Notes under the pieces: model-generated
The model's input: only the letters and a program-made list of their open reading frames with translations
Told to the model about the DNA's origin: nothing
Database searches by the model: none
Position numbers and translations under genes: made by a program
Shown: positions 47,699 through 59,645 of the stretch, in pieces
Layout of the letters: the number at the start of each line of letters is the position of its first letter
Numbering within the stretch: position 1 is the stretch's first letter
Origin: Scleropages formosus
Taxonomy: Eukaryota
Direction: 5' to 3'
Length of the DNA stretch: 64,000 nt
NCBI RefSeq assembly: GCF_900964775.1
Contig: NC_041806.1
Coordinates: 16,454,297 to 16,518,296, forward strand

Positions 47699-48424
47699 AG
47701 TTCAAGCAAAAACTACCGGTAATTTACAAGACTTGAGATACGTTACGAACAATGTTTCACGAATGACCAATGAATGAGAAGTGATCTTAACGCGAAACGC
47801 ACAGCAATGGGCCGCTACGCATATGATTGGTGCGGTATTAACAAAAGATTGCGCGACTCAAGGCAAGCCGACGATTGTTTAAATGCTGATTCTCTTTAAC
47901 CGAATTCCAAAATATTTGAAACTGCCGTAACAACATTGATTATTCATTCCTTACAGTTTTAAACTTTTTTCATGTGCGAGGTATATGCGAAACTTTTTAA
48001 TATCTTTTATAGTAAAGTTATTGGGGTGAGAAATATACGCAACGGTGAGTTCTATTAGCGTGAATACGGTAATTTAAACAGAGGGAAAAAGTATGAGGGG
48101 CACAGTGGGCGAAATGTGGCTCCACTTCTTCATAAATACACTAGACTAGTACTCAAAGAGTTATTTTAGTTGCATTTGAAGAACTATTATTCTATGTAGG
48201 TGTGTACTGATTTCAGGACTGCTACCGAAGAACACAATACTGTAACAGGATAACACATGGTGCTGTTCTTTTGCACATACGGAGGAGGGTCACCCATCAT
48301 AACAACTGTGCACCTCGCCAACAATTAACGAGACCAATTTCGACCTGTGTAAAATTAAGTTAGACAAGTAATAAGGCTAAGCCTCCACATCATTCATGTG
48401 CAAAATACCGCTGCAGCCTATAAA

Positions 48425-48655
48425 ATACACACACACACACACACATCTTCAGAACCGCTTGTCCCTTACGGGGTCACGGGGAACCGGAGCCTACCCGGCA
48501 ACACAGGGCGTAAGGCCAGAGGGGGAAGGGGACACACCCAGGACGGGACGCCAGTCCGCCACAAGGCACCCCAAGCGGGACTTGAACCCCAGACCCACCG
48601 GAGAGCAGGACTGCGGTCCAACCCACTGCGCCACCGCACCCCGCCTATAAAATAT
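48425..48655 (-). repeat. SINE family A copy (minus orientation) with (CA)n
   Basis: Reverse complement of the family A consensus: cgcttgtcccttacggggtcacggggaaccggagcctacccggcaacacagggcgtaaggcc...gggactcgaaccccagacccaccggagagcaggactgcggtcc. Confidence 0.8.
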
Positions 48656-48877
48656 TATTGTATATTCTACCGTCATATAAAGTGCAGTACCATAAAGAAA
48701 AATGTATCACAGTACAGCACTCAAGTCTTATATTTTATCCGTTAAAATTGTTTGGGTATTACATTACACTGTGCCGAGTCGGACGCGTTTAATCGACGGA
48801 ACAACTTCCGGGTAGGGTCGCATGGTTTTTCCCCCAACAGCAAGTGCTGTATCTTTTAGTGCAAGAGATCAGAAGAG

Positions 48878-48953
48878 ATGAACATGGCAGCGTTTTGGAG
48901 TCGTCACTGCGGCGTGTATGTGCTGTGTCAGTCAGCGAGGGCGATGTGCACAG
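48878..48953 (+). CDS. mettl17: METTL17 (Rsm22 family) tentative coding exon 1 with a mitochondrial-presequence-like N-terminus
   Basis: ATG then MNMAAFWSRHCGVYVLCQSARAMCT + g, followed by a consensus donor CAG|GTGAGT. The peptide is Arg-rich with no acidic residues. Phase 1 fits the alternative acceptor chosen for exon 2. A CpG-rich region with an ETS-like cttccggg lies just upstream (48770-48870). No homology is detectable for this short presequence. Confidence 0.4.
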
Positions 48954-49147
48954 TGAGTGAAGGAGGAATTTCGGGGACAGCGCTCGTCTCGCCGTCGTTG
49001 GCGACTTTGAATTTGATTCTCTCTCACTTTGTTTTAAAAAAGATGAATGATTATCTTCAATCTTGAATCAACTTGATCGGAAGACTGCTACGCTATACCA
49101 AATAAAGACTCACGAGGTCAACAGTTATGAGACATATTTGCAAGATG

Positions 49148-49429
49148 TTAAGAAGAACAACTAAGAAAATAGGACAAAGGCAAAAAGTTGAATAAATTAA
49201 TAAATACAGTGATGTATTGATACAGTATCAATCTAATAATGCAGCCATGCCATGGCATGATACACATACCTTGTCTTCCTTCCCTGAACTGGCGGTGCCA
49301 GGCGAACACGGCGGTGGCGCTCAGTGCCTGCTCTCCGTGCGCCCGGCGTAACATCTCCAGTGTTTCAGCTGCCGATTTACCGAGAAGCTCACAGAATTTA
49401 ATATTGGCTCGCTGCTCAAAAGTCGACAT
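49148..49429 (-). mobile_element. mariner-like transposase N-terminal (HTH_48) fragment in METTL17 intron 1
   Basis: ORF MSTFEQRANIKFCELLGKSAAETLEMLRRAHGEQALSATAVFAWHRQFREGRQ matches the mariner N-terminus (M..EQRA.IKFC.KLGKSA.ET...L..A.G..ALS...VF.WH..F..GRE). Confidence 0.6.
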
Positions 49430-50326
49430 TTTTGCTCCGCCTTTGCGCTACGCACACTGTTCATTGGCGTCGACTGAACGATGTCCTAAGGTCCGTCCAG
49501 CTTGTCCCCCGCTCCCTGCGGAGCAAGAGCCCACAAGTTAATGAAAGTGGGCCACCCGCTGCTTCGTGGTATAGACACCGTTGTTTTACCGTAGGTTGTT
49601 TTGTTTCTAAAAGAGTGGAAGGAGAGTAGTCTGAATTGGGTTCTGGAGGCGTGTCCCCAGCTCACACATCGCACTCATTCGCCAGCCGCGAGTGTTTCCA
49701 AGTTAGCGAGACCGCATCCACCGAACAGTACCTTCATTGTACCGTACGGCTTCTCCTGCTAAGGAACTCGTCGTAACCCGTGTTTTCTGTGCGCTCGCTC
49801 ACCCATGTCAGGTGATGCCCTGCTAGGGCAGCCATTGGCTCTTTTCTCAGACCTTCCCCGAGGTGATTGGTAGAGTGACTAGGCACTCAGCATGTGACCT
49901 CTACAGTGAGCTTCCTTCCGCTCCGTAGAATGGAGTCATTTGAAACGCTAATATACCACCGTAATCGTCCTAGCGTTTTAGTGTATGGTTTGCACTTTTA
50001 ACTCCTTTAAATAGTGATTTCTTGTAGTCCTTGCTAAATAGAACTGATTACAGCTGAACTGTATCCAGTTGGTAATCTATTATAACTTAAAAAAATCCGT
50101 TAAGAATGCGATCTACCGTCATGCTAATATATGTTAATTTCTCAACAGCGATTGGTTAAGACGAATATTCCCACCCTTATTTTGTATTATCTCGTCATAT
50201 ATATGTATAAGCATATATACAATAAATATGAAAACTATTTCATAGACATGTAACAATACAGGGGAAATTCTTTATTTTTATATTCTAAATTTATTTCACA
50301 TAATATATAAAAACTACCCATCCAGA

Positions 50327-50432
<106 letters not shown>

Positions 50433-50968
50433 AAAAACTATATACTTGATGCCTACATCTACAGGCTTGCTGTATACATCCACCCAGTACACATTGCTGA
50501 ATATACAGCACTAAGAATTCGTATATGAAAACATAATTGTATGTAGAATGTTTTTCTGACTGCCACAACCCTGCTTTACCATAAGTAGTTACTGATAGTG
50601 ACTCAGTTGTAATATCTGCGGTATTAAATAAATTGTTTATGTTTTTATTTGGTGCCAGAATTTCAAATTAATATCCTGCTAATTGTTTAAATTCAGTTAG
50701 GGTAAGAAATGTATAAAAACCAAGTTCAGCATACTCCTAATAACATTAGTTTGAAAAGTTTAGTTGTCAAAAAAAATGCTATTGTAAAATTGAGGTATTT
50801 TCAGCATTACCAAATTTCTACCATTTGAAGTTTTCTTATTTGTACTTTTCTTAAAACACAGTGTAGGTGTACCATTGATGTCATTAAAATTCCTGTGTCC
50901 CAAAGTGTGGCTTTGGAAAACACCTGTAACCATGTAGCCTGATCTCCGCTAGGGCCACGGCACCGCAG

Positions 50969-51094
50969 CTGCCGCTGGAGCACCAGCAGACTTCCTGCAA
51001 GGCGCCTCCTACAAGAAGCACCCTGGAGTGACTGCCCTGAAGACAGTGCGCTTACCTGAAGATTTGCAGAGAGGGGCTTTGTCTGTCATTCATG
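50969..51094 (+). CDS. mettl17: METTL17 coding exon 2
   Basis: (A)AAGAPADFLQGASYKKHPGVTALKTVRLPEDLQRGALSVIH + g. Human has [31 protein letters not shown]. Donor ATG|GTGAGG is solid. The acceptor is uncertain: caccgcag| (AG 50967-68) is chosen for phase continuity with exon 1. An in-frame stop at 50950-52 caps any extension further upstream. Confidence 0.55.
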
Positions 51095-51460
51095 GTGAGG
51101 CAGCAGCATGAATTATTAATAATCTTTATTTAGCTGACCTCTTTGACCAGGGTGCCCTACATGTTTACAGTGATTTACCCATCTATAGAGCAGGATGTTC
51201 TCACTGGAGCAGTTCAGGGTTAAGTACGTCGATAAAAGGAAGCACAGTAAAAGCTGGGTCTTGAACTAGGAACCCTGAGGATGCAAAATGACAGCCCTAA
51301 ACACTCTGTTTTTTTTTGCCCATAATGTCCATGTTATTGATTGTCCCATCCAAGAATCAGTACAGTGAACACTGACCCACTGAGTGCTATCAAAGGTTGT
51401 GGTGATCAATGCTGTCAGTATGAGCAGTAAATATGCATGTGTGTGAAAAGGTTTTTAAAG

Positions 51461-51682
51461 CACTGATATGTCATATGGAAGCTGACAGCAGTGCAGGGAT
51501 TCACTACTGCTGTGGGCTTTCTCCTCGTAAAGGGGCAGCCTTGAGGGAGCTCCCTGAACGGGCACGGAGACTCAGCAACTTCCTGTGGAGCCGAAAGAGG
51601 GCAACTGATGAAGCGGCTCTGAGGAAGAAGGCTCTCGATCTGGAGAAAAGGCTCCTGGAGCAGGAAGTAGAAAAGGGAGGAG
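51461..51682 (+). CDS. mettl17: METTL17 coding exon 3
   Basis: (A)LICHMEADSSAGIHYCCGLSPRKGAALRELPERARRLSNFLWSRKRATDEAALRKKALDLEKRLLEQEVEKGGG + g. Human has [31 protein letters not shown]. Donor GAG|GTGAGG. The acceptor tttttaaag| has a weak polypyrimidine tract and an alternative AG exists at about 51530. Confidence 0.6.
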
Positions 51683-51784
51683 GTGAGGACTGAGAGGTAT
51701 GCAGAACATGGAGGAATAATAGGAGAATGGTGAAGCATACAACAATTCCCATAAGAATAGTGTAAGAATACTAAGCTATGAATG

Positions 51785-51995
51785 CACGCACACTGCCTGA
51801 AATCTCTTGTCCCAAATGGGGTCACGGCAAGCCAGAGCCTAACCTGGCAACACAGGGCATAAGGCTGGAGGGGGAGGGGACGCACCCAGGATGGGATGCT
51901 AGTCCGTCACAAGGCACCCCAAGCGGGACTCAAACCCCAGACCCCCGAGAGAGCAGGCACAGGCCAAACCCGCTACACCACTGTACCCTCTCTAA
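51785..51995 (-). repeat. SINE family A copy (minus orientation) in METTL17 intron 3
   Basis: ctcttgtcccaaatggggtcacggcaagccagagcctaacctggcaacacagggcataaggctggagg...caagcgggactcaaaccccagaccc. Confidence 0.75.
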
Positions 51996-52468
51996 AGTAT
52001 GAATATGTAGGATGAATATTTAAAGTATGTCTATTTTAATGTACTCAGGAAGTCAGCCAACATGTCTTCCCAGCTCTTCTGCTGCACCTGTCAGGGACGT
52101 AGGACCATAGTGGGTTTACGTTTCTGCCCAGTTTGTCCCTTGAAATTATTGCCCAGGTTTCAATGGCAACTTAATATGTGACATTTATACAGCTGGGTAG
52201 TTTAACTGGAGTAATTCTAAGTAAGTGCAGCAATTAAGACTACTACAAGAATGAGGCCTGAACTCACACTGTTTAGGTTACAAGTCCATGTCTTTAAATG
52301 ATAAGCTGCCTGTTGTACACACATACACTCACACATGCACGCACTCACACACGCAATCTCGACATAAGTGGAAAATCACTTGCTGTACTTGTAAAGCATC
52401 CAAAAATGTCAACTGATCTTCATGTCATTGAGGTCTACAGAAAATTTACGGCTTTTTCATCTTTTTAG

Positions 52469-52556
52469 ACGGAGATCGTTATTTAACAGACATTCGTATT
52501 CGGAAGGAGGTTTTGTCACAACTTAAAAAAACAACCTACCACTGGACCCCTGTAAG
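52469..52556 (+). CDS. mettl17: METTL17 coding exon 4
   Basis: Acceptor catctttttag| then (D)RYLTDIRIRKEVLSQLKKTTYHWTPV + ag. Human has [20 protein letters not shown]. Donor AAG|GTACCT. Confidence 0.75.
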
Positions 52557-53084
52557 GTACCTTCCTCACATGTTTCTCATTGTAACACTCAGTCTCTCAA
52601 TGTGTCACTCCAGTACTTCCAATACCTGTGGGTTCAGACATGGGTTTGAATTTGGTTTGATCTGTGTGGAATCTGCATGTTTTCCCCATGTTCACATGGG
52701 TTTCCTCTGGAAGCTGTGGTTTCCTCCCACAGTCTGAAGTTATGGCTCAAGTAGAATGGGGCCTCTAAATTATCTGATGTGTGTGTGTTAACATAGCATT
52801 GCTGTGTAGATGGGTAGGAACTTGGAAAGATCTTAGCAGAGTCCCTCTAGTACTTTAAGTCACCTTCAACAAAGATTTCAGCTCATTGCTACGCTATGCT
52901 AGGTTCCATTCTCATGACTGAGGGTCGGACACCATTTGAGCATTTTACCTGACGTCAACGTTGTGGTTATATGCATTCATGATTGAATTGGTCAGAGAAA
53001 CAACCAGAGGGCCCCAAACTCTGATCTGGTAGGAGCTATTGATCTATCGGGGCCACATACGAGAGATGTTTAGCCACAAATTCA

Positions 53085-53250
53085 CCTATATTGTGTGACT
53101 GTGGACTGTGGGAGGAAACCAGAGCACCCAAAGCAGACCCATGCAGAAACAAGGAGAACATGCAAACTCCACACAGATACCGGGGGTCGAATCCACGGTC
53201 TCTTGCACCAACCAGGCACTCTAAAGCTGCAGCACTACTCAACAGTCCTT
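53085..53250 (-). repeat. SINE family B copy (minus orientation), (TAA)n adjacent
   Basis: gtggactgtgggaggaaaccagagcacccaaagcagacccatgcagaaacaaggagaacatgcaaactccacacag...gggtcgaatccacggtctc. (TAA)6 at 53259-53276. Confidence 0.7.
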
Positions 53251-53460
53251 TAGTAGTAATAATAATAATAATAATATACAGACACATTATGTTTATAGTA
53301 TCCAGTGTGAGTCCATATGTCATACTACATATTTCAGCATATCAGTATTTATAGTGTCTGTGTTGTGCGTTTCAGAATCAGCATCTCCGCTTTGCCTGCT
53401 GGTGCACCTGTACAGTGTTGGTGGATGCAGTGTAATGTACTTGGTGTCTCCCCTTGCCAG

Positions 53461-53542
53461 GTATGATGACGAACTGAGCATCATTTATCTGGCTGCACGA
53501 CTGGCGGGGGGCTATGCGGCTGTGAGGAGGGCACTGAATGAG
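53461..53542 (+). CDS. mettl17: METTL17 coding exon 5
   Basis: Acceptor ctccccttgccag| then (R)YDDELSIIYLAARLAGGYAAVRRALNE. Human has [27 protein letters not shown]. Donor GAG|GTGACA. Confidence 0.85.
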
Positions 53543-53666
53543 GTGACATCATTAGTTTACTGATGGACACGTTTTCCTCTCTGGTGGGTTATACTTTCTG
53601 TTGGAACAACGGAATTGTTGCTTCATTGTTCTCATTCATGTTCTTTCACTTTCACTTTCTCCTTAG

Positions 53667-53740
53667 ATAAAAAAGCGAGATGACTTGTTCTCCCCTTGTT
53701 CCCTCCTAGACTTTGGTTCTGGTCTAGGAACTGTCGTTTG
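53667..53740 (+). CDS. mettl17: METTL17 coding exon 6 (SAM-binding GxGxG motif)
   Basis: Acceptor tttctccttag| then IKKRDDLFSPCSLLDFGSGLGTVV + tg. Human has [25 protein letters not shown]. Donor TG|GTAAGG. Confidence 0.85.
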
Positions 53741-54172
53741 GTAAGGAAAATACAAATATTGATTATCAGAAAGCTGATAAGGTCATTTAGATGCCCATAA
53801 TTCACTTTGAATGTTACTTTTTTGACTTTTGTTCCTAGATTTTCATTTAAATTCTTAGAAATGTCTTATAAATCGTATTGAAACTATAAATGTTATGGAC
53901 CCAATGATGTTATTAAAATCATTTTAATTTGCATACTCGGAGAAACTGCGTTTGAAAGTACAGGTCACACAGCATGATTGTCTAATCCCTCATAGATGTA
54001 GCTTTGGTGCCATTGAGCACCTAGCATATGCATCGTAACTGTGTCACTTGAAGGCAAAATAGGGTGAAACAGAGTGAAACTGTTGCATTCTGCCGATGAA
54101 GTCTTGGACGTGCAGAACAAAGCATGTGGTGTTGGACTGTTAGTGTGTCTCTTGTCACCCTCTGTCCCTCAG

Positions 54173-54267
54173 GGCAGTACATGCTACATGGGGAGACACT
54201 CTGAAAGAGAGTGTGTGTGTGGACAGCTCTAAGGCCATGAACACACTGGCTGAACGGCTGCTGAGAG
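54173..54267 (+). CDS. mettl17: METTL17 coding exon 7
   Basis: Acceptor ctgtccctcag| then (W)[31 protein letters not shown] + g. Human has [33 protein letters not shown]. Donor AG|GTATGC. Confidence 0.85.
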
Positions 54268-54636
54268 GTATGCAGATATGATGGGCAGCAGGTGCTTCAT
54301 GTCCTTTTTCTTAGATTCAGTGTGCAAACAATAACTAATGTTCAAATGGATGGGCGAAATGAACGTATGAAGCGCAACAGGGAGTGCAAAGGGGTGGGTC
54401 TGAGTCTTCAGTTAAAAACCAGTAAAAGTGAGGAACAAAGGGGTTCTGAATGGTCCAGGGAATGACTAATGAAAACGTTTCTTGCACTTGCAAGGAAGTC
54501 CTAAATAAGAAGCACAATGGAGAAATAAAAGGCAAAGAGAAAGTACAAGGAGGAAATCATTTTAATTGGAAAATTAATTCTATTTTTACATGAATTTTTA
54601 ATGTGTTTTATCAATTAATTGATTATACTCTGTATT

Positions 54637-54852
54637 GAGGGGATGCGGTGGCGCAGTGGGTTGGACCGCAGTCCTGCTCTTTGGTGGGTCTGGGGTTTGA
54701 GTCCCGCTTGGGGTGCCTTGCGACGGACTGGCGTCCCGTCCTGGGTGTGTCCCCTTCCCCCTCCGGCCTTACGCCCTGTGTTGCCGGGTAGGCTCCGGTT
54801 TCCTGTGACCCCGTGAGGGACAAGCGGTTCTGAAAATGTGTGTGTGTGTGTA
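54637..54852 (+). repeat. tRNA-derived SINE family A copy with (GT)n tail, in METTL17 intron 7
   Basis: Near-identical to 10498-10718 (ggatgcggtggcgcagtgggttggaccgcagtcctgctctttggtgggtctggggtttgagtcccgcttggggtgcc...). Confidence 0.8.
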
Positions 54853-55096
54853 CTCTGTATTGTGTCATTGATTAATTTAATTTTGGTGTATATCTTCAGT
54901 TTGTTTCATGGTTGATAGATTACTCGTTTCTTTTTACATGACAGCCCTCATCCTCCATTTCAGGCCCCATTGTTTTTAAAAACTGGAATGATTTGATTTG
55001 TCAGTATTATCTGGTATGACATTGCTCAGACACTGAGGTGAACTGAGACAGACCTTATGTGGGCAAAAATGTCTGACTGTATGTCTCATTGTGTAG

Positions 55097-55167
55097 GGGA
55101 CAGTGAGACAAAGGACCCATTGCTCAAACAGGTGTATTTCCGTCAGTTCCTCCCAGTGACCCCCACG
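55097..55167 (+). CDS. mettl17: METTL17 coding exon 8
   Basis: Acceptor tcattgtgtag| then (G)DSETKDPLLKQVYFRQFLPVTPT. Human has [23 protein letters not shown]. Donor ACG|GTAAAC. Confidence 0.85.
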
Positions 55168-55261
55168 GTAAACTTGCACTCCCTTCTAATAATTAAAGAG
55201 TGATTTCTATACAAAGCTTTCTTGTTAACATGCATGTTTGTATGTCCCATATGTTTTCCAG

Positions 55262-55369
55262 GTACAGTTTGACCTCGTGGTCAGTGCGTTTGCGCTCTCT
55301 GAGTTGGCTTCCAAGCAGGAGAGGGCGGAAACTGTACTGACTCTGTGGAGGAAGACTCATTCCTATATG
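55262..55369 (+). CDS. mettl17: METTL17 coding exon 9
   Basis: Acceptor tatgttttccag| then VQFDLVVSAFALSELASKQERAETVLTLWRKTHSYM. Human has [36 protein letters not shown]. Donor ATG|GTCAGT. Confidence 0.9.
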
Positions 55370-55486
55370 GTCAGTAAAACAGACCTTTGCAAAACTTACT
55401 CAAAGTGCTGTGAAAAGTATTTTCCCCCTTTCCAAATGTCTCTGTTTCGGCAGCTTTCTGACAGTGAATTTAATCAAATATTTTTG

Positions 55487-56260
55487 TCATTTCTGGTAGT
55501 ATAGAGCCTTAGAGAGAAAAAGTGATAGCAGTGGTGTTTTTACATCACTTTCTTGGTGTTGAACATGATAACATGAAATCATAGGTGTAGCTGCCCCTTC
55601 ACGGTCACTGTTTGTGCCACCTTTAGTTGCAGTGACTGCAACTAAGTGCTTCTTGTAGCTGTTCACCATAGTCTCACATTGCTGTGGAAGAATTTTGCCC
55701 TGCTCCTCCACTACACAGAACTGCTTGAGCACAACAAAATTTGCAGGTTTTTGAACATGAATAGCTCTTCTGAGGTCTTGCCGCAAAACCTCAGTTGGAT
55801 TCAGATTATGACATCGAGTCTGCCATTCCGTTACTTCGCTTCTGTTGTTTCCAGTCATTCTGATGTTGCCTTGCTGCGTGACTCAGTTGTGTTTCGGCTT
55901 CAACTCGCAGACTAATGGCCTGACATTCACCTTTAGAATTTTTTGATACCCAGGGGAATTCTTGGTTCTTTCAGTTATAGCAACATGTTCAGGTTCTATG
56001 GCAGCAAGACATCCCCAGGCCATCACACTTCCACCACCATTCTTGACTGCTAGAAGAAAGATCTTGCACAGTAATGAAGCATTTGGTTTTTGCCAGACAC
56101 AGTGTGGCTTTTGTCAACCAGGAAGCTGTACTTTTGATTCCTCGGTCCACAGAAATTTTTTCCATAAGTCTTGAGAGGCATTCACATGATTTTTTGGCAA
56201 ACTGTAGATATGATGTTTTTTAGTGATTAGTAGTCCCCACCTTTTCGAAAATTGGGTAAA
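55487..56260 (-). mobile_element. Tc1-like transposase remnant (DDE region and C-terminus) in METTL17 intron 9
   Basis: The minus strand translates to ...GGGSVMAWGCLAA... (about 56000-56040) and the ORF ...NPTEVLRQDLRRAIHVQKPANFVVLKQFCVVEEQGKILPQQCETMVNSYKKHLVAVTATKGGTNSD, both typical of the Tc1 DD34E catalytic core and C-terminus. It is interrupted by stops. Confidence 0.65.
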
Positions 56261-57183
56261 TACTTCTGTGACACACGGTCCAAGAGATGGCCGCTACGTG
56301 GTCATGCTTTTTTTATTTAATTGTGTTGCAGACAGTGGAACAGGTCACAGGGGAGGGAGTGCAGGAAAGGGGGTGACTGGGAATGGGTACAGAGAAGGAG
56401 GGTGTCATTGGGTGTGTGGGTCTGTGCGGGGTCGTTGGGGCTCCTTATTGACAGTGTGCTCCTCGTGGCTGTGTCTCCATTCCTCACTGTCAGGCACAAG
56501 GGTTAAAATAGAGGTACTGTCAGCCCTCCGCATTCATGGGGGTTAGGGGTGCAGGACCCTTGCGAAAGTGGAAAAACCACAAATACCTCTAGGTTCCCCA
56601 AACCTCAGCTTAATGCTGTTGACCAGATTTAGCACAAAAAAGTAAAACAATACACTGTACTGCAACAGTATGTTTTATATGTTGGGCGTCCTCAGAGTGC
56701 GTAGTCCGCAGTTCTTTAGCGCACTGAAACTTTTCACAAAATTTAACTTTTTATAATAAATTTCTGTGTATATTTATGTTAGTAAATGATAAAATAGATT
56801 AATAATACATATATTTTATGCATTTATGACTTATTAAACTTTTTTTAGTTTTCTTTACATTTTGTAGTCTACGTGCGTTGTCTATGATTTTCTGCAGTAG
56901 CCCGCAAAACTCGAAAAAAATTCCCATTTAATTATTGATGGCAAACTCGCAAATAATCAAATTTGCGAAAGTTAAACCCACGAAAGTTGAGGTTCAACTG
57001 TAGTTATTAGTCCCAGGTATGGCGAGTTCCTCCCTCTCTTCTACCCCCTCTCCGTCAGCCCGTTGTAGTTGTTTGCTGCAACTTCATATCATATTTCTTA
57101 TCATTGTAATGAGTCAATTTTCATATGCAGAACTTCAGTATGTACCTTTCATGTTCAGTCATTGTATTTGGTGTTCTGTGCAG

Positions 57184-57252
57184 GTGTTGGTGGAAAATGG
57201 GACCAAAGAAGGTCATCAGATTCTCATGGAAGCAAGGGACACTGTGCTGAAG
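57184..57252 (+). CDS. mettl17: METTL17 coding exon 10
   Basis: Acceptor tgttctgtgcag| then [23 protein letters not shown]. Human has [23 protein letters not shown]. Donor AAG|GTGAGG. Confidence 0.9.
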
Positions 57253-57454
57253 GTGAGGTCTTCAGACATGCTGTAACCACATATGCAGTCAATTTGCCAG
57301 AAACTGTCACATATGACCTTATATACATGTATGCATTTATATAGACACGTTCATATTTTCACCCTTGTATACATGTACGTACTTGTGTACGTGTCATATT
57401 GTTTGCGTTTGTGTAACTATTCAAATGGAAGTAACAAGTTTGTCTTATGACCAG

Positions 57455-57502
57455 GGAGAAGACAAAGCGTATGACCCTAGAAGTCCCTTCATTTTTGCTC
57501 CG
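57455..57502 (+). CDS. mettl17: METTL17 coding exon 11
   Basis: Acceptor gtcttatgaccag| then GEDKAYDPRSPFIFAP. Human has GKEKSPLDPRPGFVFAP. Donor CCG|GTGTGT. Confidence 0.85.
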
Positions 57503-57778
57503 GTGTGTATCCCACTTGCTGTAACTTTTTCCAAGAGCTTGATTAAAATGCACTTCTGTCCTTCGTTAATTGTAGAAACTGAATATTGGATAAGGGCACA
57601 TTATTGATGAACATACATACCATTCAGTATTACAGAGCTTTGATTCTATATCTTGTTTGTGACTATAGAATTAAGAGTTTGTCTTTGAAATGTACAAAGG
57701 TCCATTAGCTGTGTAAACACTAGGAGATTGTTCACAGCTAAGGTAATTTTCCTGCTTAATGTGTTTTGTTGCGAACAG

Positions 57779-57871
57779 TGTGCACATCAGTTTCCTTGCC
57801 CCAAGCTCGCTCAGGAACCCCAGCTACCCTGTAACTACCCTCAGGCGTACAGGCCTCTTCCACTCCCAGGG
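57779..57871 (+). CDS. mettl17: METTL17 coding exon 12
   Basis: Acceptor tgttgcgaacag| then CAHQFPCPKLAQEPQLPCNYPQAYRPLPLPG. Human has [27 protein letters not shown]. Donor GGG|GTAAGA. Confidence 0.85.
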
Positions 57872-57949
57872 GTAAGAGAGCTTTGCTTCTTGTAACTGAC
57901 ACATTTTAAATTTGATGCAGGAAGATCCTGAAAGGTCTTCTTTCCCCTA

Positions 57950-58143
57950 GAACCCTGAACATGAGGTTGAATGCTTCAGCTACCTGGTGGTGGCACGCCA
58001 AGAAACCACGCGTGAAGACAAGAGCCTGCAGTGGGCCCGACTCATCAGGCCTGTACTACGCAGGCCCCGGCATGTCCACTGCCATGTCTGCTGCCCCGAT
58101 GGAAAACTAAGGCACCTCGTCGTCACTGATAAACGCAATGGCC
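57950..58143 (+). CDS. mettl17: METTL17 coding exon 13 (Cys/His cluster)
   Basis: Acceptor ctttcccctag| then [64 protein letters not shown] + cg. Human has [54 protein letters not shown]. Donor CG|GTATGA. Confidence 0.9.
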
Positions 58144-58260
58144 GGTATGACTTGCTCCCATGTCATTACTTCTTCTAACCTGAACACCCTGGCAGTTTGT
58201 AAGAAAGGTTCACGTCAGTAAAGGTACCGTTAGCATTTTCATGTATTTTGTCCTTTGCAG

Positions 58261-58342
58261 GGCCATGTACCGTTGTGCACGGAGCAGTGACTATGGAGAC
58301 CGGCTCCCACTCCTCCAGTCTGAAGATGAAAGCCTGCCATAG
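58261..58342 (+). CDS. mettl17: METTL17 coding exon 14 (C-terminus, stop)
   Basis: Acceptor ttgtcctttgcag| then (R)AMYRCARSSDYGDRLPLLQSEDESLP*. Human has DLYRCARVSSWGDLLPV. Stop TAG at 58340-42. AATAAA lies at about 58644 downstream. Confidence 0.85.
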
Positions 58343-58643
58343 TGAAGAATGAGGAGGGTACACTAGTGGACAAGGGAACTTGTCAGGGGAGGTAGTTTGA
58401 CTTTAACTGTACTGTGTTTTCCTCCATCTCCTCTGAAATACAACAGCAGCTTATGGAAAATGACAGAATGGAAATGGAAATGAAGGCTGATGTAACTTGA
58501 CTTATTTGAAATGCAAGGTTTAGTTACCATCTGATCAACTCTGCAGCTACTTTTTTTGCAGGGTGAATAATGTAAATATAAATGTTGGACCTTTTTGGAC
58601 TCCCACTCACACCCCTATGGAAGATCTGAGACACGATCTGAAT

Positions 58644-58649
58644 AAAAAC
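58644..58649 (+). terminator. mettl17: AATAAA polyadenylation signal downstream of the METTL17 stop
   Basis: gatctgaataaaaacactg, about 300 nt after the stop codon. Confidence 0.5.
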
Positions 58650-59217
58650 ACTGTAATACAAAATAATACTGAGCATTACCATTTATAGACAGTTATAAGA
58701 GTTCTGATTCAGTGTTTTATATATAGACCCATGAGTAATAATATGTTCCTTTTACAACTGTTACTTCAATGACCCAACAGATAAACCCAGTATCTCATCT
58801 GTCTTATATTCCAGTTCTTAGTGGATGCAATGAACTGTGGTCTTCCTACAAGTCTTCCATTAATGCTTAGAAATGAAAGAATTTAACAAATGTAACCAAA
58901 ATGAGCCTTGAAATCAGGAAGCATCACATGTACTGTACAGGAGTGGACATGTTTCTAAAGATAACGCAATGGTTTTGTACCCTTGATGCCACATGAAAAA
59001 GTGCCCAAATTCTTGGGACCAAAAAGGTTGATCCACATCATGGCAATTAGCATGGTACACCGGTTTCAACACGTTTCTGCTGGAAAGCCAAAAATATTTC
59101 GGTCTGTAGCCACTAGGGCATTGAATAAAGGGGCTGAGTCCCTTTCAGGAGCTCAATGTTCACCCACTGAACACAGGTGCAGCAGTTCCCTGCAAATAAA
59201 GATCCAGCTTCCAGCTC

Positions 59218-59645
59218 TTAGCTTCCTACTATCTCCTGCAGTGCGGAACCCAGGTCTGGATACTGGAACTTGTAGCCTGTCTCCAGTGTTTTCTTAGGTG
59301 TCACCCACTGGCCCTCTGTGAGCACCACTGCCCTCTCTGCACCCAGAAGTGCCCTGATGACGATGCCAGGTACAGGAAATAGAGTTGGGCGCTGCAGAGC
59401 CTGGCCCAGAGCCTTCGTGAACTCATAATTGGTGTTGTGGGCAGGAGCAACGCCATTGTAGATCTCTGGAGCGCTGATGGTTGGGTCAGGAGAAGGTTCC
59501 AGGGAACGGGCTATTATTCCTGCCAGGTCAGCAACATGAATCCAAGGGAACGGCTGTTGCCCGGACCCCAGGGTGCCACCCAAGCCCAGCCAGAATGGTG
59601 TTAACATCTGCTTCATAGCACCCCCGTTTCGACCAAGCACCACCC
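59218..59645 (-). CDS. sdr39u1: SDR39U1 coding exon 6 (C-terminal DUF1731-like region, stop)
   Basis: Acceptor ttctcttcccaattag| then (G)VVLGRNGGAMKQMLTPFWLGLGGTLGSGQQPFPWIHVADLAGIIARSLEPSPDPTISAPEIYNGVAPAHNTNYEFTKALGQALQRPTLFPVPGIVIRALLGAERAVVLTEGQWVTPKKTLETGYKFQYPDLGSALQEIVGS*. This closely matches human [44 protein letters not shown]...LKEIVA. Confidence 0.9.
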